Source: an uncultured Flavobacteriales bacterium
GTDB lineage: Bacteria; Bacteroidota; Bacteroidia; Flavobacteriales; BACL11
Direction: 5' to 3'
DNA: 64,000 nt
Assembly: GCA_905478555.1 (NCBI GenBank)
Contig: CAJQIZ010000014.1
Coordinates: 741-64,740 of the forward strand
Shown here piece by piece: positions 49,593-59,119 of the stretch. Position 1 is the stretch's first letter, and each line of letters starts with the position of its first letter. The notes under the pieces are model-generated. The model saw nothing but the letters and a program-made list of their open reading frames with translations. It was not told where the DNA came from and did no database searches. Made by a program: the position numbers and the translations under genes.

Positions 49593-50107
49593 TTAGCGGG
49601 AAACATAAAGGAAGAAAAATAAATCCACCAGTAAATTTACCAGTCAGACCAACAACTGACAGAGCAAAAGAAGCACTTTTCAGCATAATAGATAGCAGAT
49701 ATTATTTTCAAGAAAAAAATGTATTAGATCTGTTTTCAGGAACAGGAAATATAAGTTTTGAATTTTCTTCTAGAGGAGTAGAAGAAATTATTGCAGTAGA
49801 TAATAATAGTGAGTGTATTCATTTTATTGAAAAAACAAAGGAAGAATTAAATCTGAATATTAATACGGTACAATCTGAATGTATAAAATACTTAACAAAT
49901 TGCAAAAAACAGTTCAACTTTATTTTTGCAGACCCTCCCTATAATTATGATGATTATCAAAAAATGAAAGATTTAATATTAAAAAATAATCTAATAAAAA
50001 AAGAGGGATTTTTGATTATAGAACACGACTACAGAACCTCTTTTAAAGATAAAAATGTAGAAGTTAGAAAATACGGAGCGGTAAATTTTAGTATCTTCTC
50101 ATTTTAA
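49583..50107 (+). CDS. rsmD: 16S rRNA (guanine966-N2)-methyltransferase
   Basis: MRIVSGKHKGRKI, RPTTDRAKEALF, LDLFSGTG, FADPPY. Confidence 0.9.
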   Translation: MRIVSGKHKGRKINPPVNLPVRPTTDRAKEALFSIIDSRYYFQEKNVLDLFSGTGNISFEFSSRGVEEIIAVDNNSECIHFIEKTKEELNLNINTVQSECIKYLTNCKKQFNFIFADPPYNYDDYQKMKDLILKNNLIKKEGFLIIEHDYRTSFKDKNVEVRKYGAVNFSIFSF

Positions 50108-50112
50108 TTTCT

Positions 50113-50120
50113 TATTTTTG
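50113..50120 (+). promoter_or_regulatory. -7 box TATTTTTG for coaD
   Basis: Exact TAnnTTTG ending 4 nt before ATG 50125. Confidence 0.4.
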
Positions 50121-50124
50121 AGTT

Positions 50125-50583
50125 ATGAATAAAAAAGCAATTTTTCCAGGATCCTTCTCCCCTTTCACTTTAGGACATAAATCAGTAGTAGATAGATCTC
50201 TAACTCTATTTGATAAAATAATTATTGCTATTGGAATAAATTCAGAGAAAAACGAATATTTTTCTATTGAAGAAAGAAAAGAGTGGATTAAGAAAATATA
50301 CGCAAACAACCCTAAAATAGAGGTTCAGTTTTATGAAGGACTTACAATAGATTTTTGTGAGAAAGTAAAAGCAAAATACATATTAAGAGGATTGAGAGAT
50401 TCTCACGATTTTAAATACGAAAAAAACATTTCACAAGTAAATAAAAACTTAAATCCTGAAGTAGAAACTATCTTCATTATTACTTCACCAGAAATTTCTC
50501 ATATTTCTTCTACCATCATTCGTGATATTATAAAAAATGGAGGGGATGTTAGCCAGTTTTTACCTAAAGAAATTGATTTGTAA
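50125..50583 (+). CDS. coaD: Pantetheine-phosphate adenylyltransferase
   Basis: FPGSFSPFTLGH (nucleotidyltransferase T/HxGH), ILRGLR, ISSTIIRD. Confidence 0.9.
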   Translation: MNKKAIFPGSFSPFTLGHKSVVDRSLTLFDKIIIAIGINSEKNEYFSIEERKEWIKKIYANNPKIEVQFYEGLTIDFCEKVKAKYILRGLRDSHDFKYEKNISQVNKNLNPEVETIFIITSPEISHISSTIIRDIIKNGGDVSQFLPKEIDL

Positions 50584-51048
50584 GGGTTCGAAGACTGCTT
50601 TAAGAAAACTAACTGTCAAAGAAGGACCAAAAGATCCCGAATAACCCGTTGTAATCGTTAATGGAATATTATCTGGGTGATATGCAAGACTTATTTCTTT
50701 TCTTGCTTGTTTTAGCGTTGTATTAAAAACATTATTGATTGCTAATCCGCTTCCTGCTTGAAAAGAAAGATTATTACTAATTCTATAGTTTATACCAAAT
50801 ACATCAAATAATCCATTAGTATTAGATTCAACAGTATACATAAATCCAAGTTTCTTATTTAGTAAAATGTTTCTACTCGCTACTTGGTATCTAACTAGAC
50901 TAGGTTCAGCTTCTGGAATAAATACATATCCTAGACCAAACTCCAAGATAGCATTAGAGTTGGTGTATTCCTTACTGAAAAAATTCTCCTGGGCAAAAAG
51001 ACTCGTTGTTACACAAAAAGATAATACGAATATAATATTTCTTGACAT
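50560..51048 (-). CDS. Hypothetical small outer-membrane beta-barrel-like protein
   Basis: Signal peptide MSRNIIFVLSFCVTTSLFAQ and alternating hydrophobic pattern. The 3' end overlaps the coaD 3' end by 24 nt (convergent). Confidence 0.5.
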   Translation of the reverse strand: MSRNIIFVLSFCVTTSLFAQENFFSKEYTNSNAILEFGLGYVFIPEAEPSLVRYQVASRNILLNKKLGFMYTVESNTNGLFDVFGINYRISNNLSFQAGSGLAINNVFNTTLKQARKEISLAYHPDNIPLTITTGYSGSFGPSLTVSFLKAVFEPLQINFFR

Positions 51049-51071
51049 ATCAAATAGTTATTAATAATTCA

Positions 51072-51079
51072 CAAATATA
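51072..51079 (-). promoter_or_regulatory. -7 box TATATTTG (minus strand) for the small OMP gene
   Basis: caaatata on the plus strand, 23 nt upstream of ATG 51048. Confidence 0.4.
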
Positions 51080-51317
51080 ACCTTTTTTTTAATTTAACTA
51101 AGGTTTTACAAAAGGAACAAGAGGCTTGATGTTGACATTCAATAATGTATCTATAAAGAAGGAAATATATCATAAATATAATTAGTACTTTTAAATAAAT
51201 ATCTCAACGAATGCCCCAAGACCTTCTTCTGAGGATATTAGAGAATTGTTAGACACTAATTTGGAACTTTAATTCATGATAAATTAATCGAATCAAGTCA
51301 TTAAGTTTGTTTGTTAA

Positions 51318-51890
51318 TTAGCGATACAGAAAGGCAACTAATTCCTTTACCGCCTTACTTCTATGGCTAATTGCACCTTTTTCATCTTTATTCATTTCGG
51401 CAAAAGTTAGATTACATCCATTTGGCGTAAAAATAGGATCATAACCAAAACCTTCTACCCCACTTTTATTTCTTGTGATACTACCCTTACATTCCCCCTC
51501 AAATAAAGTTTCTTTTCCATCAATAATAAGTGCAATTACAGTTCTAAATTTTGAAGTTCTGTTTGTCTTTCCTTTTAATTTCTGTAATACTTTTTTCATG
51601 TTATCTTCTGCTTTACAATCTTCTCCAGCATATCGAGCAGAATACACTCCTGGCTCACCATTTATAGCATCTACCTCTAATCCGGTATCGTCTGCAAAAC
51701 AATTAAAACCATAATTATCAAATACATACTTTGCTTTCTGTAAAGCATTACCTTTCAAAGTAGGATTTGTTTCTGGTAATTCCTCATTACAATTAATTTC
51801 CTTTAAACTTAAAATTTCAATTCCATCTGGGACTAAAGATTGTATTTCAGATAATTTATTGGGGTTGTTGGTGGCAAAAACTAGTTTCAT
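51318..51890 (-). CDS. rdgB: Non-canonical purine NTP pyrophosphatase (RdgB/HAM1 family)
   Basis: [34 protein letters not shown]-type motif, FGYDPIF, SHR..A. Confidence 0.9.
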   Translation of the reverse strand: [190 protein letters not shown]

Positions 51891-52364
51891 TTATTCGTGA
51901 TGATAAGGTTCATTATTTAATATAGTATATCCTCTGTAAATTTGTTCTACAAAAAACAAACGTACCATTTGGTGAGAAAAAGTCATTTTAGAGAGAGATA
52001 ATTTCTCATTTCCTCTTTTATAAATCTCCTCTGAAAATCCATAAGCACCTCCCACAACAAAAACCAATCTTTTTTTTCCAGAAAGCATCCATTGTTGTAG
52101 TTTCTGAGCAAATTTTTGGGAAGTAAAATCCTTTCCCTTATCGTCCAAAAGCACTAAATGATCAGAGTTTTTAATTTGTTTCAATATCAACTCTCCTTCC
52201 TTCTGCATTAGTTCTGATTCAGAGAAATTCTTTGCATTCTTGAAATGTACAATTTCTATCATATCAAAATTAGTATAATGTTTCAATCGTCTTTGATAGT
52301 CTGAAATTCCTTCTATCAAATACTTTTCATTTGTCTTTCCTATTGTTATTAAAACAATTTTCAT
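51891..52364 (-). CDS. rlmH: 23S rRNA (pseudouridine1915-N3)-methyltransferase
   Basis: MKIVLITIGKT start, VLLDDKGK, FVVGGAYGFS, LSLSKMTFSHQMVR, EQIYR. Start set to Met10 of the track ORF (52364). Confidence 0.9.
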   Translation of the reverse strand: MKIVLITIGKTNEKYLIEGISDYQRRLKHYTNFDMIEIVHFKNAKNFSESELMQKEGELILKQIKNSDHLVLLDDKGKDFTSQKFAQKLQQWMLSGKKRLVFVVGGAYGFSEEIYKRGNEKLSLSKMTFSHQMVRLFFVEQIYRGYTILNNEPYHHE

Positions 52365-52370
52365 TTTTTG

Positions 52371-52378
52371 TATTTTTG
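52371..52378 (+). promoter_or_regulatory. -7 box TATTTTTG for nadC
   Basis: Exact TAnnTTTG 24 nt upstream of ATG 52403, in the divergent rlmH/nadC spacer. Confidence 0.4.
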
Positions 52379-52402
52379 GCAATATTAACAATTAGTATCT
52401 TT

Positions 52403-53245
52403 ATGACAGACAAAGATTTTGAAAAATTTATATTAGACTCTCTTTCAGAGGATGTAGGAGATGGTGACCATAGTTCGTTTGCTTCTATTCCTAAATTATC
52501 TATAAACAGAGCACACTTACTAGTAAAAGATGAAGGAATAATTGCTGGAATTGAACTTGCAAAAATGATATTCCGAAAAGTAGATAGTAATTTAAAAGTA
52601 GAAACTTATTTAAAAGATGGTGATAAGGTAAAGTTTGGAGACATAGCTTTTATTGTAACAGGAAACTCTATTTCCATACTTACTGCAGAAAGATTAGCAC
52701 TTAATTGCATGCAACACATGAGTGCAATTGCCACAAAAACTACTTACTTAAACTCTTTAATTTCCAACACAAATTGTAAATTATTAGACACCCGAAAAAC
52801 AACTCCTCTTAATAGGAAACTAGAAAAATGGGCCGTAAAAATTGGAGGAGGAGTGAATCATAGGTTTGGACTATATGATATGATTATGATAAAAGATAAT
52901 CACATTGATTTTGCAGGAGGAATTACAGCAGCAATTCAGAAAACAAAAAAATATCTGAAAGAGAACAATAAAAATTTAGAGATAATTGTAGAAGCAAGAG
53001 GTTTATCGGAAGTATATGAGATTTTAAAGGAAGGTGGGGTAAAACGAATTATGCTAGATAATTTTGATTTTGAAACCACTAAAAAAGCAGTAAAAATAAT
53101 TGGCAATAAATGCCAAACAGAATCAAGTGGAGGAATAACAGAGGTCACTATTTCAGAATATGCAAAATGTGGAGTTGACTTTATTTCTGTCGGGGCGCTC
53201 ACCCATTCAGTATTAAATTTTGACTTAAGTTTAAAAGCTATTTAA
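52403..53245 (+). CDS. nadC: Nicotinate-nucleotide pyrophosphorylase (carboxylating)
   Basis: EDVGDGDH, LLDTRKTTP, GGG.NHR.GLYD..MIKDNH, SGGI. Start at Met25 of the track ORF. Confidence 0.9.
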   Translation: MTDKDFEKFILDSLSEDVGDGDHSSFASIPKLSINRAHLLVKDEGIIAGIELAKMIFRKVDSNLKVETYLKDGDKVKFGDIAFIVTGNSISILTAERLALNCMQHMSAIATKTTYLNSLISNTNCKLLDTRKTTPLNRKLEKWAVKIGGGVNHRFGLYDMIMIKDNHIDFAGGITAAIQKTKKYLKENNKNLEIIVEARGLSEVYEILKEGGVKRIMLDNFDFETTKKAVKIIGNKCQTESSGGITEVTISEYAKCGVDFISVGALTHSVLNFDLSLKAI

Positions 53246-54141
53246 TGTTTACACTAATCAAAAATATTTCTAAAAAATTTAAACCTTGGGGGTTTCAAGG
53301 ACTCAGTATTTATGATGTAACAATTTTCTTCTGGCAAGGGTTAATGGAAGGTGCTATTACAACTAGGGCTTCCTCCTTAGCTTTTAATTTTTTCTTGGCT
53401 TTTTTTCCGTCAGTTATTTTCCTTTTTACTCTTATTCCTTACATTCCAATTGAGGGATTTCAGGAAACTTTAATTGAACTTATAGGAAGTGTATTACCTG
53501 AAAAAACAAATGAAATAGCCTTTAAAACCATAGATGATATTGTAAATAACCCTAGAGGAGGATTACTATCAGTAGGTTTTGTTTTGGCTTTATATTTTTC
53601 AACAAATGGAGTTAGTTCCCTAATTGAAGCGTTCAATTCTTCTTTCCACATAAGAGAATCTAGGTCCTTTATTTACCAAAAATCTATCTCCTTACTGCTT
53701 ACACTTATTTTATTATCCATGCTAATATTAACTATAACTATTCTCATTTTCGGAAAGACCTATTTGGACAATCTATTAACTCATGGAATTATTTCTAATG
53801 AATATTTATATATATTCGCTTTTATTAGGTGGATTATTATGTCTACTTTTTTACTTTTTGGTATGTCTTTACTATTTTATCTGGCTCCAAATCATAGGGT
53901 AAAATGGAAAATTTTTACTCCAGGAACTATTTTCTCTTCTCTTTTTGTAATTATTACTTCTATTATATTTAGTTTTTACATTAATAATTTCGCTCAGTAC
54001 AATCAGATATATGGTTCAATTGGAACATTAATTATTATTTTACTTTGGATGTATTTTAACTCTATTATTCTACTAACCGGATTTGAAATAAACGCAAGTA
54101 TAATTGCTTCAAAAAAACATTGCTATTCTAATTCAGATTAG
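53245..54141 (+). CDS. YihY/BrkB-family membrane protein
   Basis: Six hydrophobic helices, RASSLAFNFFLAFFP and YGSIGTLIIILLWMYF motifs typical of the YihY (formerly RNase BN) family. Confidence 0.8.
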   Translation: MFTLIKNISKKFKPWGFQGLSIYDVTIFFWQGLMEGAITTRASSLAFNFFLAFFPSVIFLFTLIPYIPIEGFQETLIELIGSVLPEKTNEIAFKTIDDIVNNPRGGLLSVGFVLALYFSTNGVSSLIEAFNSSFHIRESRSFIYQKSISLLLTLILLSMLILTITILIFGKTYLDNLLTHGIISNEYLYIFAFIRWIIMSTFLLFGMSLLFYLAPNHRVKWKIFTPGTIFSSLFVIITSIIFSFYINNFAQYNQIYGSIGTLIIILLWMYFNSIILLTGFEINASIIASKKHCYSNSD

Positions 54142-54168
54142 TAAATTGGCAACCTTAAATTATTGATT

Positions 54169-57100
54169 ATGAAAAAACTAATTATAAGCTGCTTACTTCT
54201 TTCTACATTCGGACTTAATGCACAAAATACCTATGATGCGTTATCTGCACCAAACACCTATCAAAATGCAGACAACCCTAACTATTGGAAAAATAAAATG
54301 CCACATGCAGCATACTGGCAACAAGATGTTTACTACAATATAAAAGCAAATATTGATGAAGTAACAGATATTATTACTGCAACAGAAAGCTTAACTTATA
54401 CCAACAATTCACCTGATGATTTGGATATAGTTTATTTCCATTTATACCAAAATGCGTTTCAACCAAACTCTTATTATGATGAGTTACAACATCAAAATGG
54501 GAAATCTCCTAATTACGGAAGATACGAATCTCAAGGGCTAGGTACCGTAATAGAAAATCTAAAAGTAGATGGACAAGAAGTAGAAATAGAATTAGACAAT
54601 ACTATCTTAAAGGTATATCTACCCCAAACATTAAAATCTGGTACTAGCATTACTTTCAGTATGAATTTTAAAACCTATTTTGATGATGGTGGAGTAAGGA
54701 GAAGAATGAAAGTATTCAACTCTTGGGGATACAAACATTATGATGGAGTACATTGGTACCCTAGAGTTTGTGTGTATGATGCAAAATTTGGTTGGACTAA
54801 AGATCAACACTTAGGCAAAGAGTTTTATGGAGATTTTGGTGCTTTTGATGTAGAGTTAACTTTTGCATCCAATTATGTAGTAGATGGAACTGGTTTTTTA
54901 CTGAACAGAGAGGAAGTTTATCCTAAAGAATTAAGAGAAAAACTAGATGTAAAAAACTTCAAAGACAAAGTTTGGAACTCTACTCCATCTGTAATTACTA
55001 AATATAAGAAAGGAGAAACAAAAACATTTAAATTTCATGCCGAAAATGTTCATGATTTCGGATTTACTGCTGACCCTACTTACAGAATTGGAGAAAGTTG
55101 GTGGGAAGATAAAGTAAGCTATTCATTAGTCCAGGAGCCACATTGTAGTAAATGGCAAAATGCAGCAGATTATTCATCAAAATGTATAGAAGTATTCTCA
55201 GAAGATTTTGGGAGATATACCTATCATAAAATGATTGTTGCTGATGCCAGAGATGGAATGGAATATCCAATGATGACTTTAGATGGAGGTCAAGATCCAG
55301 GGTACAGAGGTCTTTTGGCTCATGAGATTGGACACAATTGGTTTTTTGGTCAAGTAGGAAATAATGAAACTTATAGAGCTTTATTAGATGAAGGTTTTAC
55401 TCAGTTTTTAACCGCTTGGGCACTTATAAAAATTGATGGAGATTATTTAGTTTCTAACCCACCAAAATCAGCATACAAAAAAAGATTTAACAAAGCAGTA
55501 AAAGCAATCGACAGTAGAGTTTATTATGCATATATAAATGATGCTACTAAATTTAATGATCCTGTTATTTCTACACATTCTGATTGTTTTAACGGTGCAC
55601 TTAGACATGGAGGTGGATACAGACATGTATATTATAAAACAGCATCAATGTTGTATAATTTACAATATGTTTTAGGAGATGAGCTTTTTCTGAATGCAAT
55701 GAAGCACTATTTTGCAACATGGAAAATTGCACACCCTTATAATGAAGACTTCAGAGATGCAATTATTCAGTTTACTAAAGTTGATTTAAATTGGTTTTTT
55801 GACCAATGGTTAGATACTGACAAACGAATTGATTACTCAGTAAAAACAAAAGGAAACACTGTAATATTTGAAAGAAAAGGAAGAATGCAAATGCCAATTG
55901 ACTTTACGGTAACAGCAAATGATGGAAAAACTTACAACTACCATATTCCAAATCACTGGTTTATAAAAGAATCAGATGCAACTATATTACCAAAATGGCA
56001 TGCGTGGGACTTAATTCAGCCAACATATTCGGTAGATTTGGATATCACTTCAGGAATAAAAGAGGTGACAATTGACCCTAGTCAAAGACTAGCAGATGCA
56101 TATATGCCAAACAATTCATCAAAATGTAATACTACTTTTTCTTTTAATGACAACTTATGGAAATATTCTGACTGGAAAAACTATGAAATAAAATACCAAC
56201 CAAACATATGGTGGAATTCAACTGATGGTATTAAAATTGGTTTGAACTTAAAAGGAGGATACTTGAATCATCATCATTTATTTGACGCTACAGTTTGGAT
56301 GAATTCTGGAATAAAACAAGATCAAACTACAGAAAACTATTCTGAATTTGATGATTTATCTTACAGATTAAGATATCAAACAAATTTAGATCAAATTTCG
56401 TTAAAAAGTAAAATTAACTTTAATAGTAGTTATATAGCAGGGTTGCAATCTAATAAAATTTCTTTAGAGAAATCAAGCGACAATGGAGACAATAAACTAT
56501 CAGTTAGCTTTCTATCTTTATTCAGACCAGAAAACTCATCTTCTAATTATATTTTAAATACAGATAGTTGGAATAAAAACAAATATAATAACAGAATTGA
56601 TGTAAACTTAGAACATAAATACAACTACAGTTATGGTAATGGTACAATTAATTTAAAGTTACAATCTTCATCTTTGTGGAGTGATTACGATTATGATAAA
56701 ATAATATTTAGTGCTAAAAATAATAATAAATTAGACAAATTAAAAATAAATACTAGAGCATATCTTCAATTTGGTACAGGAGATAATTGGGCAGAAGAAA
56801 GTAAGCTAGGATTAGCGGGTGCTAACAATGAAGAAATGATGGATTCTAAATTCACTAGAACAGATGGTATTATTTCATCTCAATTTATGGGATACGACTA
56901 CACAACAAATTATTTTCACCAATCAGGAGGGTTAAATCTAAGAGGATATACGGGTTTCCTTGCTCCTGAATTTAATGAAGATGGAACTATTGCAAAATAC
57001 GAATATAATGGAACAAGTGGAGCTGCTTTCAATACTGAAATTGATTTTACAGCATACCTACCTTACATAATCCGTAAAAATAATTTTGCTCCATACTTCT

Positions 57101-57360
57101 TTGCTGATGCTGGAATAATAAGTGATAATGGTAAGATTTTAAATAAAATACGTGAAGAAAAATATAAAGAATTGTTTTCAGATATCAGAGTTGATGCAGG
57201 AATAGGATTTACTTATACGCTAAGAAATTTTGGTCCGCTAGAAACTGTTAAGCCTTTAGTTATTCGTTTTGACATACCACTTTTCTTAAACAGACCTCCA
57301 TCATCTGATGAGGATTTCTTCCAAATGAGATGGATACTTGGGATAGGAAAAACATTTTAG
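54169..57360 (+). CDS. M1-family zinc metallopeptidase fused to a C-terminal Omp85/BamA-like outer-membrane beta-barrel
   Basis: Signal peptide MKKLIISCLLLSTFGLNAQ, GMEYP (GxMEN-like), HEIGHNWF-x-E (HEXXH-x18-E; HEIGH = 55321-55335). The C-terminal about 410 aa show beta-strand periodicity with GGLNLRGY (LRGY = 56938-56949), FFADAG, DAGIGF and the terminal ...FQMRWILGIGKTF. Confidence 0.75.
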   Translation: MKKLIISCLLLSTFGLNAQNTYDALSAPNTYQNADNPNYWKNKMPHAAYWQQDVYYNIKANIDEVTDIITATESLTYTNNSPDDLDIVYFHLYQNAFQPNSYYDELQHQNGKSPNYGRYESQGLGTVIENLKVDGQEVEIELDNTILKVYLPQTLKSGTSITFSMNFKTYFDDGGVRRRMKVFNSWGYKHYDGVHWYPRVCVYDAKFGWTKDQHLGKEFYGDFGAFDVELTFASNYVVDGTGFLLNREEVYPKELREKLDVKNFKDKVWNSTPSVITKYKKGETKTFKFHAENVHDFGFTADPTYRIGESWWEDKVSYSLVQEPHCSKWQNAADYSSKCIEVFSEDFGRYTYHKMIVADARDGMEYPMMTLDGGQDPGYRGLLAHEIGHNWFFGQVGNNETYRALLDEGFTQFLTAWALIKIDGDYLVSNPPKSAYKKRFNKAVKAIDSRVYYAYINDATKFNDPVISTHSDCFNGALRHGGGYRHVYYKTASMLYNLQYVLGDELFLNAMKHYFATWKIAHPYNEDFRDAIIQFTKVDLNWFFDQWLDTDKRIDYSVKTKGNTVIFERKGRMQMPIDFTVTANDGKTYNYHIPNHWFIKESDATILPKWHAWDLIQPTYSVDLDITSGIKEVTIDPSQRLADAYMPNNSSKCNTTFSFNDNLWKYSDWKNYEIKYQPNIWWNSTDGIKIGLNLKGGYLNHHHLFDATVWMNSGIKQDQTTENYSEFDDLSYRLRYQTNLDQISLKSKINFNSSYIAGLQSNKISLEKSSDNGDNKLSVSFLSLFRPENSSSNYILNTDSWNKNKYNNRIDVNLEHKYNYSYGNGTINLKLQSSSLWSDYDYDKIIFSAKNNNKLDKLKINTRAYLQFGTGDNWAEESKLGLAGANNEEMMDSKFTRTDGIISSQFMGYDYTTNYFHQSGGLNLRGYTGFLAPEFNEDGTIAKYEYNGTSGAAFNTEIDFTAYLPYIIRKNNFAPYFFADAGIISDNGKILNKIREEKYKELFSDIRVDAGIGFTYTLRNFGPLETVKPLVIRFDIPLFLNRPPSSDEDFFQMRWILGIGKTF

Positions 57361-58349
57361 TGAAAAAAAAGATAATAGTAACAGGAGGAGCAGGATATAT
57401 TGGATCTCATACAGTTGTAGAACTAATTGCAGCTGGATTCACTCCTATTATTATTGATAACCTTTGCAATACTTCAGTTAAGAATATTAAAGGAGTTGAA
57501 AAAATTACCGGAGAAGAAATAAAATGGTATAATAGGGATTGTACTAATACAGAGGAGATAAACAAAATATTTTCAGAAGAAAAGATAGAAGGTGTTATTC
57601 ATTTTGCAGCCTATAAATCTGTAGAAGAATCTGTACAAAACCCACAAAAGTATTACGATAATAATATTGGATCCTTAGAGGTTATATTGGAAAGTATGAG
57701 AGAAAATAATGTGAAAAACATTATATTTTCCTCTTCCTGCACCGTTTATGGAAGTCCAGATATTTTACCAGTAACTGAAAACTCTCCATTCAAAAAAGCA
57801 GAATCACCTTATGGAGAAACAAAACAGATTTGTGAAGGTATGCTAAAAGTAGATAGTTGCAATAGTGTTTCCCTCAGATATTTCAATCCTATTGGTTCCC
57901 ACTCTTCTGCTTTAATTGGGGATTGTTCATCTGACAAAGCTAACAATTTAATTCCTATCATAACAGAAGTTGCTATTGGGAAAAGAAAGAAAATTACTGT
58001 ATTTGGTGATGATTACAACACTCCTGATGGAACTTGTATTCGTGATTATATTCATGTAGTTGATTTGGCAAAATCTCATGTATTAGCAATGAACTTGCTT
58101 ATTAACAAGGAAGGAAAACACGATTTTAATATCGGAACTGGAATTGGCGTAAGTGTGATAGATGCAATAAAAGCTTTTGAAAAAACCAATAACTTAAGTA
58201 TTAACTATTCTATTGGCCCCAGAAGAAGAGGGGATATAGAACAGATTTATGCCAATGGAAACCTAGTAAAAGAGAAATTGGGTTGGGAAGCTAAAGAAAC
58301 ACTATATCAAGCTATGAAATCTGCTTGGGAATGGGAGAAAAATAAATAA
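57360..58349 (+). CDS. galE: UDP-glucose 4-epimerase
   Basis: IIVTGGAGYIGSH Rossmann motif, SSSCTVYG, YGETK (YxxxK). Start uncertain: GTG 57360 (VKKKIIVTGG) is preferred over ATG 57330, which overlaps the peptidase gene by 31 nt. Confidence 0.9.
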   Translation: MKKKIIVTGGAGYIGSHTVVELIAAGFTPIIIDNLCNTSVKNIKGVEKITGEEIKWYNRDCTNTEEINKIFSEEKIEGVIHFAAYKSVEESVQNPQKYYDNNIGSLEVILESMRENNVKNIIFSSSCTVYGSPDILPVTENSPFKKAESPYGETKQICEGMLKVDSCNSVSLRYFNPIGSHSSALIGDCSSDKANNLIPIITEVAIGKRKKITVFGDDYNTPDGTCIRDYIHVVDLAKSHVLAMNLLINKEGKHDFNIGTGIGVSVIDAIKAFEKTNNLSINYSIGPRRRGDIEQIYANGNLVKEKLGWEAKETLYQAMKSAWEWEKNK

Positions 58350-58354
58350 TTATA

Positions 58355-59119
58355 ATGTGTGAAATTAAAAAACATAAATTTATTTTTATTTGCGGATTAC
58401 ACAGAAGTGGAACATCTCTTTTATATAAAATCCTAAAAGAACAAAAGAATATTAGTGGTCACGAAAATACTGGAGTGATTGAAGATGAAGGACAACACTT
58501 TCAAAGTGTATTTAACCCCGCTAACAAATATGGAGGTCCTGGGAAATTTGGTTTTAATACTGAATCATATTTAGATGAAAATTCAAAACTAATTACAAAA
58601 AAGAATAAAGAAAAACTTTATAGAGAGTGGAGTAAACATTGGGACTTAAACAAGGAGTTTCTTATTGAAAAATCACCACCAAATTTAGTGAGAACACTTT
58701 TTTTGCAAGCTATGTTCCCAAATAGTTTTTTTATTACAATTTTAAGACATCCAATTGCAACTTCTTTAGCTACAAAAAAATGGTCAAAAACATCTCATTA
58801 TTCATTAATTAAGCATTGGCTAGTTTGTTATAATCAATATTTAGAAGACAAGAAAAAAATTAGAAACAATTTAGACATTAAATATGAAGACTTAATTAAT
58901 CACCCAAAGGAGACTCTACTAAAAATTGAAAGCTTTCTCAATACAAAAATCAGACTTACTGAAAATAATATAAGAAAAGGGGTAAACAACAAATACTTTT
59001 CTTTATGGAGAAAGAATAAAAGAAATATTTTCTATAAGTTTAGTATAAAAAAAGCTGAGAGAAATTTAGAAAGCGATATTAATAAATTTGGCTACAGTTT
59101 TTTAAAAAATTATAACTAA
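58355..59119 (+). CDS. Sulfotransferase family protein
   Basis: 5'-PSB-like FICGLHRSGTSLL (RSGTS = 58403-58417) and 3'-PB-like ILRHPIATSLAT, with size and layout of bacterial Sulfotransfer_3-type enzymes. Confidence 0.65.
   Translation: MCEIKKHKFIFICGLHRSGTSLLYKILKEQKNISGHENTGVIEDEGQHFQSVFNPANKYGGPGKFGFNTESYLDENSKLITKKNKEKLYREWSKHWDLNKEFLIEKSPPNLVRTLFLQAMFPNSFFITILRHPIATSLATKKWSKTSHYSLIKHWLVCYNQYLEDKKKIRNNLDIKYEDLINHPKETLLKIESFLNTKIRLTENNIRKGVNNKYFSLWRKNKRNIFYKFSIKKAERNLESDINKFGYSFLKNYN

Noticed and set aside
51049-51317. Largest intergenic gap (269 bp); searched for a tRNA, riboswitch or sRNA hairpin
   Set aside because: No cloverleaf-compatible arms, no conserved riboswitch core I recognise and no strong hairpin. 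Only a -7 box near the OMP gene and two tiny ORFs (13 and 18 codons) without support.
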